Assembly: GCF_964204645.1 (NCBI RefSeq) | Contig: NC_134025.1 | Coordinates: 22,052,299-22,116,298, forward strand | Direction: 5' to 3' | DNA length: 64,000 nucleotides | Source: Tubulanus polymorphus | Lineage: Eukaryota; Animalia; Nemertea | Part shown: positions 58,626 to 64,000 of the stretch, in pieces | Layout: each line of letters opens with the position of its first letter | How positions within the stretch are numbered: position 1 is the stretch's first letter | Made by a program: the position numbers and the translations under genes | Notes under the pieces: model-generated | Told to the model about the DNA's origin: nothing | Seen by the model: the letters and a program-made list of their open reading frames with translations, nothing else | Database searches by the model: none

Positions 58626-61600
58626 CTAAACTTTAAAGAACGAATATCCTTGCGAAGTTTCCTGCGTCAGCGTCGCCGTTGATAATTCACATTCACCCTT
58701 TACGCCTTCGTAAGTAAAACTGGAGCAGTCGCTGGTGGAGAGACATTCTCGGGCGCAGCTGATTTTCGAAACGGCGAGCGTAGTCTTCAAATGAGTCGAC
58801 GCTCTCGCACTTGTGCCACGTTTCCACCACCCGGATACGATTCGATTTTCTAGAAGAAGGAAATAAAGGAAACAGTTCTTCAGGGGAAAGAGTTAGCTCG
58901 ATCGTGCATTGACAGCGTGGATACAAATACTGCCTGTACTCGTACCATTATATGAATTGATATTGATATATGATAGATTATTCATATACGATTTCGACAG
59001 AATTTTATTGATCAACAATATACATTAAAATGTAATAACATTAAATCCAAGACTGCTTGGAAGCAGCAGTTAGCTGGTACAAGAAACGCGCCATTAGGAA
59101 AGAAAGAAAACCAAATAAAAAGAAGAATTAAATTGGAAAATGAAAAACGACACGATACGGATCATGATTTGACGCGTTATAACCTTTTACTGACAGAAAT
59201 AACTCAACGCGTTTAGAAATTAGAACTAATGGTTAAAATAAGCTCTAACATAGATTTCCCACTCGAGTGAATTGCCCCCAGACTAAAAAGGGAATGTTTT
59301 GTCTTTTTTAACGAATTCATTTTTTCTAAATTATAATGACATATACGATCGCAATTAACGGTGCATAACACTTCAAAGCGTACATTATCGAGGGGCAGCC
59401 AGTTATTGAAACCGAAGACAATTCCGAAAAAAATCTGCCGCTTGAAACGTAGCGGTATCGACATATCAAGAGGAAAGTGAAATGAATATACCAAACCTGT
59501 TTCTGAGGTTGTCAACGTTTCCGTAGTTGCAGGAAGTGAGTCCGTCATCAGAACTGAAATGAGAGTTTTCGTATTGTCGCATAGTTCACTTAGGTGGTAC
59601 CAGTTTCTTTATGGTTTAAGTTTTTTTTTGCTTCGCAGTAAAAAGTGGTCCATTACCAAATTCGATACGATGTGGAAATGCCAAAAGTTTACCTTCAACC
59701 ATCAGAGGCATTATCACAATAGATATCTTACCTGGTTCGGAGGTTGTCAGAGTTGTTGCGTCAGTTGATGTGCCTATTGGAAAGTGGGGAATAGGCAATT
59801 GATTAATAAAACAATCAGCTTAGAAATACATGTCTTAAAAACCTAGATAATTTCTTCGATTGCAGTTTTAAAGGAATATTGAGGCCGACATCTTACCTGC
59901 TCTGGCGGTTGTCAGGGTTTGGGTCGATGAGTCAATTAATGTATCCAATACTATTCAAGAGCGTGCATGGGGAAAATGAAACCCGAATTATTATTAGATG
60001 GAACAATCAGTTAAAAAAGCATTGGCTTACTAACTCGCTAATTAACTTTTGTGTGGCAGTAACAGAGGGTAATATAACTAATTAGCTTTTGTTTTTAAAA
60101 GAAATTCATGATGCACTTATGGTGATTTGTTATTTTCTAGATGGGCGTATACCTGTTGTTGCCGGTGTTTGCGTTGTCGATTCGGTGGTTGAATCTTGCG
60201 GATTGAGATCTGTAGTTGAAGAAACGGTTTAGTTAATAAAGCCGAGGTGATAATACTAATCAGATCACTCATTATATTCATTAAGAGAGATTTCGAGTTT
60301 GCGAGTCGGAATAAACTAGTTTAAGTTAAAGGCAATTTTTTGCCTGTAGGATATATGCAGATAATTTATACTAATGATAATAATTATAAAAACAATAGTC
60401 ATAATAATGACGATAATGATAATGATGAAGTCTTTATTTCGGGAAAAAGTACAGAGGAGTTGAGAAAAATAGAAAAAAAATCTACATCCACATGGAAAAA
60501 CGTATTTACAGTTTGAATAATTCAAAGACATAGATTCAGTGCACCAACTCATATAAGCTACGTATTGGATACGTATATACTAGATGATACTTATCAAACC
60601 AAACAAATGTATGTGTATACGTAAATTATTCACATGTAAAGGATTTAGGAGAGAATTACATAGTGAATGCACATTTATAGAATTAACAAGATCCCTTTTT
60701 AGATGTACCGGTATGAAAAAGAGAAGATAAATGTATATTTGAATAGCCAGCGTATATGAATGTTAATTGATTTGATCATACGATGAAGATTTTGACAAGT
60801 TGGCTTGTTGTAACTAGTAAAATCAAAGGCAATCTAATAATATAAACATTGTTTTATCACCAATTTCCCTCTGACATTTTTATGGCGTTATTGCCGCATT
60901 CCGTTATGATCATATACTTAGATACATGAGTAAGATCTTAACGTTCGAAGGAACCAGTTTTCGATTCCTTCGCTTGAGCCCAAAATTGCTGCTTACCAAT
61001 CGGATACAAGGAATGTATTTTGTAACTGCTGGTCGCATCTGCTTGGCAGCTCTTCAAGTCGTTAATCGCATGGCAAAAATCTGTCTCTTTGAAGTATATA
61101 CTTGTTGCTTTTTTTGTGCATGGGTATTGGCCGTTTACATAACACTGCTTGATACAAGTGGTCAAAGGAGTATAAGATCGTACACTTACATCACTACAGG
61201 TCGCGGCCAGGGAATATGGGAAATCGATTGCTGAAAGTCATAGGAAACATCTTAGACATTCGGTTCACAGAAAATAATGCATAATGCATAATACAAATCC
61301 GTATTTGAGAGCTATCTTAACACATTATCCCGGGAGACAACTAATATTTACAACAAAATAATAAGAACATTATGCTATCGTATTTGATTTCCTAATACTA
61401 AACAATATATCGTTGTAAGCCAATCTGGCCCAGAACGTATCATCTGGGTCTCTGTGGTGTTTGTGTCACATCACCTCTGCGACGAATAAGGTACGGGAAC
61501 CAATACGCAATAATCACGCACCAATAATCATTTACTTGATAGAGTATAATCGGTAGCTTCGAATTTCTGAAACACCCAATCTCAACAACATCGTTTCTTG

Positions 61601-61703
61601 AAATAATCAATGCCGCCATAAGAACAAAATTACACCACTAACCTTGAGTGTCTCCTTCCGTGAAACCCAGCTGTGCTATGGCAAGTAACGCGACGAAATT
61701 CAT
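58626..61703 (-). CDS. Small secreted protein (~242 aa): signal peptide, Cys-rich domain, Thr-rich linker, C-terminal PAN/apple-like domain
   Basis: All-phase-1 exons 61703-61643 (MNFVALLAIAQLGFTEG), 61230-60997 (six Cys), 60209-60153, 59950-59897, 59773-59732, 59553-59497 and 58849-58626 (SKISCARECLSTSDCSSFTYEGVKGECEL, the PAN/apple CxxxCx5CxxFxY..CxL pattern). The spliced frame is open throughout. Confidence 0.8.
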
Positions 61704-64000
61704 ACTTAATAACGCAGACCTCCTAAAAGCGTGAAAAAATTAGAAAAAAATTAATGGATGAAAGGAAATAAAAAGTGTGAAAATGATAATGAAAACAAAA
61801 ATATGTTCTAAAGATCAACAAATTTAGGATCGTACTCACTATCCAGTTACGCACAGTCGCCCGGGATACGTATCACACAAAATCAATACGAGATAATAAA
61901 ATGTGATCTCATTATAAACGAAAATCATATCGTGTCAGAAAAAAAAACTTTTAGATTTAGATTCTGTGCCTATTCAACACCGATCCGATAATGGAGTCAT
62001 TAATTATTGCGCGCGGAGGACGTTATTTGGAACTCAAATCGACTTTTCCGGTTGCAGTCACGATTATCGGTGTTTTCATGAGAAATATCGAAAAATGAAA
62101 ACATTTAGGATTCTGTAGATTCGAAACAGTTTTACGACGTTAAGATATCTGTAACATGTTGGCTTTCGTGTCTTGAAATGAAAAAGCCCTTCAAATTCGT
62201 GTGATGATGTTATGACAAATATTTTCTTACCTTTTACTGGTAGTTCCGGTTGCGGAGGGCACACGGCATGTGGATACGGCTGTCTCCTGGTACTGTTTCA
62301 GCAGAGGCTACGCATTCCCATCGCGTGCTACCACACGAAAAAGCGAAAACACTTTGTTTTCAGCGAAATATTGATTAGGAGTCGGAGTATATCATAAGTA
62401 TATTAAACTATTCACGCCAAAAGCATCGTTCCTCGATACCTTGTGCGATATTGCGTTTCGAACTAGACATCAACGAGCCATCCAAATAATGTAGTCCGCT
62501 TGACTGATGCTACAACAAAAGCCAAATCTGTCGATTTTTTTATTTCATTTTAAAACCAATATAATAGCTACGTACCGTGAATACATAAAATCAACACGCT
62601 CAGGGAAAGATGTAAGTTTAACTGTGTTTCAGGGTGAATGATTATTTCTATTCAGCTTGATCCGGTTTCCAGCTTTACAAGACTTTCTTTATAGATGGCG
62701 CACTATTCTAAGATGGATGTGAAGAATTCCTGAACTTTCATTTGGAATGAAAAATCATTGTACTAATAGGGGGCATTAGATACACTCACTCAGAATTATC
62801 TTCACTGGTTGAAAATCATAAAATGTGATAGAATCATAACTATAACTCGAAGGGGATTGATTTAGGATAGATCGATTCTCGATACTTGTTGGAATTAGAA
62901 GTTCAATCTATTTCGACATCCTGTTGGCAGTGTAGGGATCCCGAGCCGGTGTACAATATTTGTTTATTAGTCTGCCTCAAGTCCGCGATTTTAACGGGAG
63001 CAAAAATATCAGCTTAGAACTCAATGGAGCTAGATCCCTGAAAACCATCAGCTGCATGAAATACAACGGTTTTTTGACGCCGCAAAAAAACGGTTTACAA
63101 TGATGTTTCACACATCGATAACTACTACAAAGCGCCGTTGAGTCGATGTGCACTACGCCATCAACATTGCGTTTCAAAATACCAATAAAACTTGTGGATT
63201 TCGGCGTTAATTTTGTGATTAGATATATTTCACAACTCTTATTTTCTATTCTAATAAATGTTCATGTCTTGTCAATAATTAATTTTGAGCGCTATGTCAT
63301 ACGCCACATCGGGGATAGACTGGTTGCCGGCCAATTCAATTGTCGTTAGACCTATATTCAAATTCAAAATAACTTTATTGATATTTAATAATATGTCATA
63401 TTATTCATTGAAGATGATATAAAGCAACATATATGCGTTATTTTCCTTCAAGGCGTCAATAAATTTTTAAGTTAGTTTTCTTGTAACACTTATACGTGTA
63501 TACCATACCATCATAGATACATGTATTTTTGCATACACATTCATTGATATACATGTATTTGTTTGTTCGCGGTGTAGGTTATCTGGTAGATACTAAACAA
63601 ATCTTGACGATCTGGCACCGAACTGTCATACAAAATATTCCTTATCAATCGAGATAATAATTCTAGCATATGCCTATAGCCGAATGAAGTTAAAGAACTG
63701 TCTTGTTTCAAGAAAGTGGAAATACTCGAGTCTGGTTGTAAACTAGCGAGGATTGAGTACCACTTATACTTTCAATAACAACACGTACTTCAAGAAATAC
63801 TTCAATTCCCACTCAACAAAGTCATCGTGCTAATAACTTTTCCCCTATATGTGGCAGCGACTGTAAAATGGCCCGGCGTGCCATCGATATATTTATTGTT
63901 AACTACTCTACCATTCGACCATTTTTTCCACACAAAATCAAGATACTTTAACGAGTTGCATTGCATGAATATACAGTTTTTGGTGTCACAGATTTCACAT

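Noticed and set aside
61800-64000. Short ORFs at the window end
   Set aside because: No coherent splice structure or homology recognised; treated as intergenic or upstream sequence.

Overview
AT-rich, intron-rich genomic DNA from an invertebrate animal. The ORF track shows only exon fragments, so gene models were spliced by hand. Six protein-coding genes are supported. (1) The 3' part of PPP1R21 (+, 630-5105). (2) A minus-strand bHLH + HMG-box gene resembling MEIOSIN/BHMG1 (6780 to at least 10458), which is invisible in the ORF track because introns split both domains. (3) A ~30 kb EML/EMAP microtubule-associated gene (+, 17762-47730) with several phase-compatible alternative first exons, an optional ~651-aa disordered exon extension, cassette micro-exons and a U12-type intron. 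(4) TRMT61A (-, 50360-53684). (5) A divergent otopetrin (+, ~54608-58338) with Gln at two normally conserved protonatable positions. (6) A small secreted Cys/PAN-apple protein (-, 58626-61703) with a Thr-rich linker built from duplicated micro-exons. Non-coding features include a ~570-bp near-perfect inverted repeat without a TSD, many MITEs (Harbinger-like, Tigger-like, piggyBac-like), two Penelope-type minimal hammerhead motifs and a 50-bp minisatellite. Orthology calls rest on recalled family motifs, not database searches.
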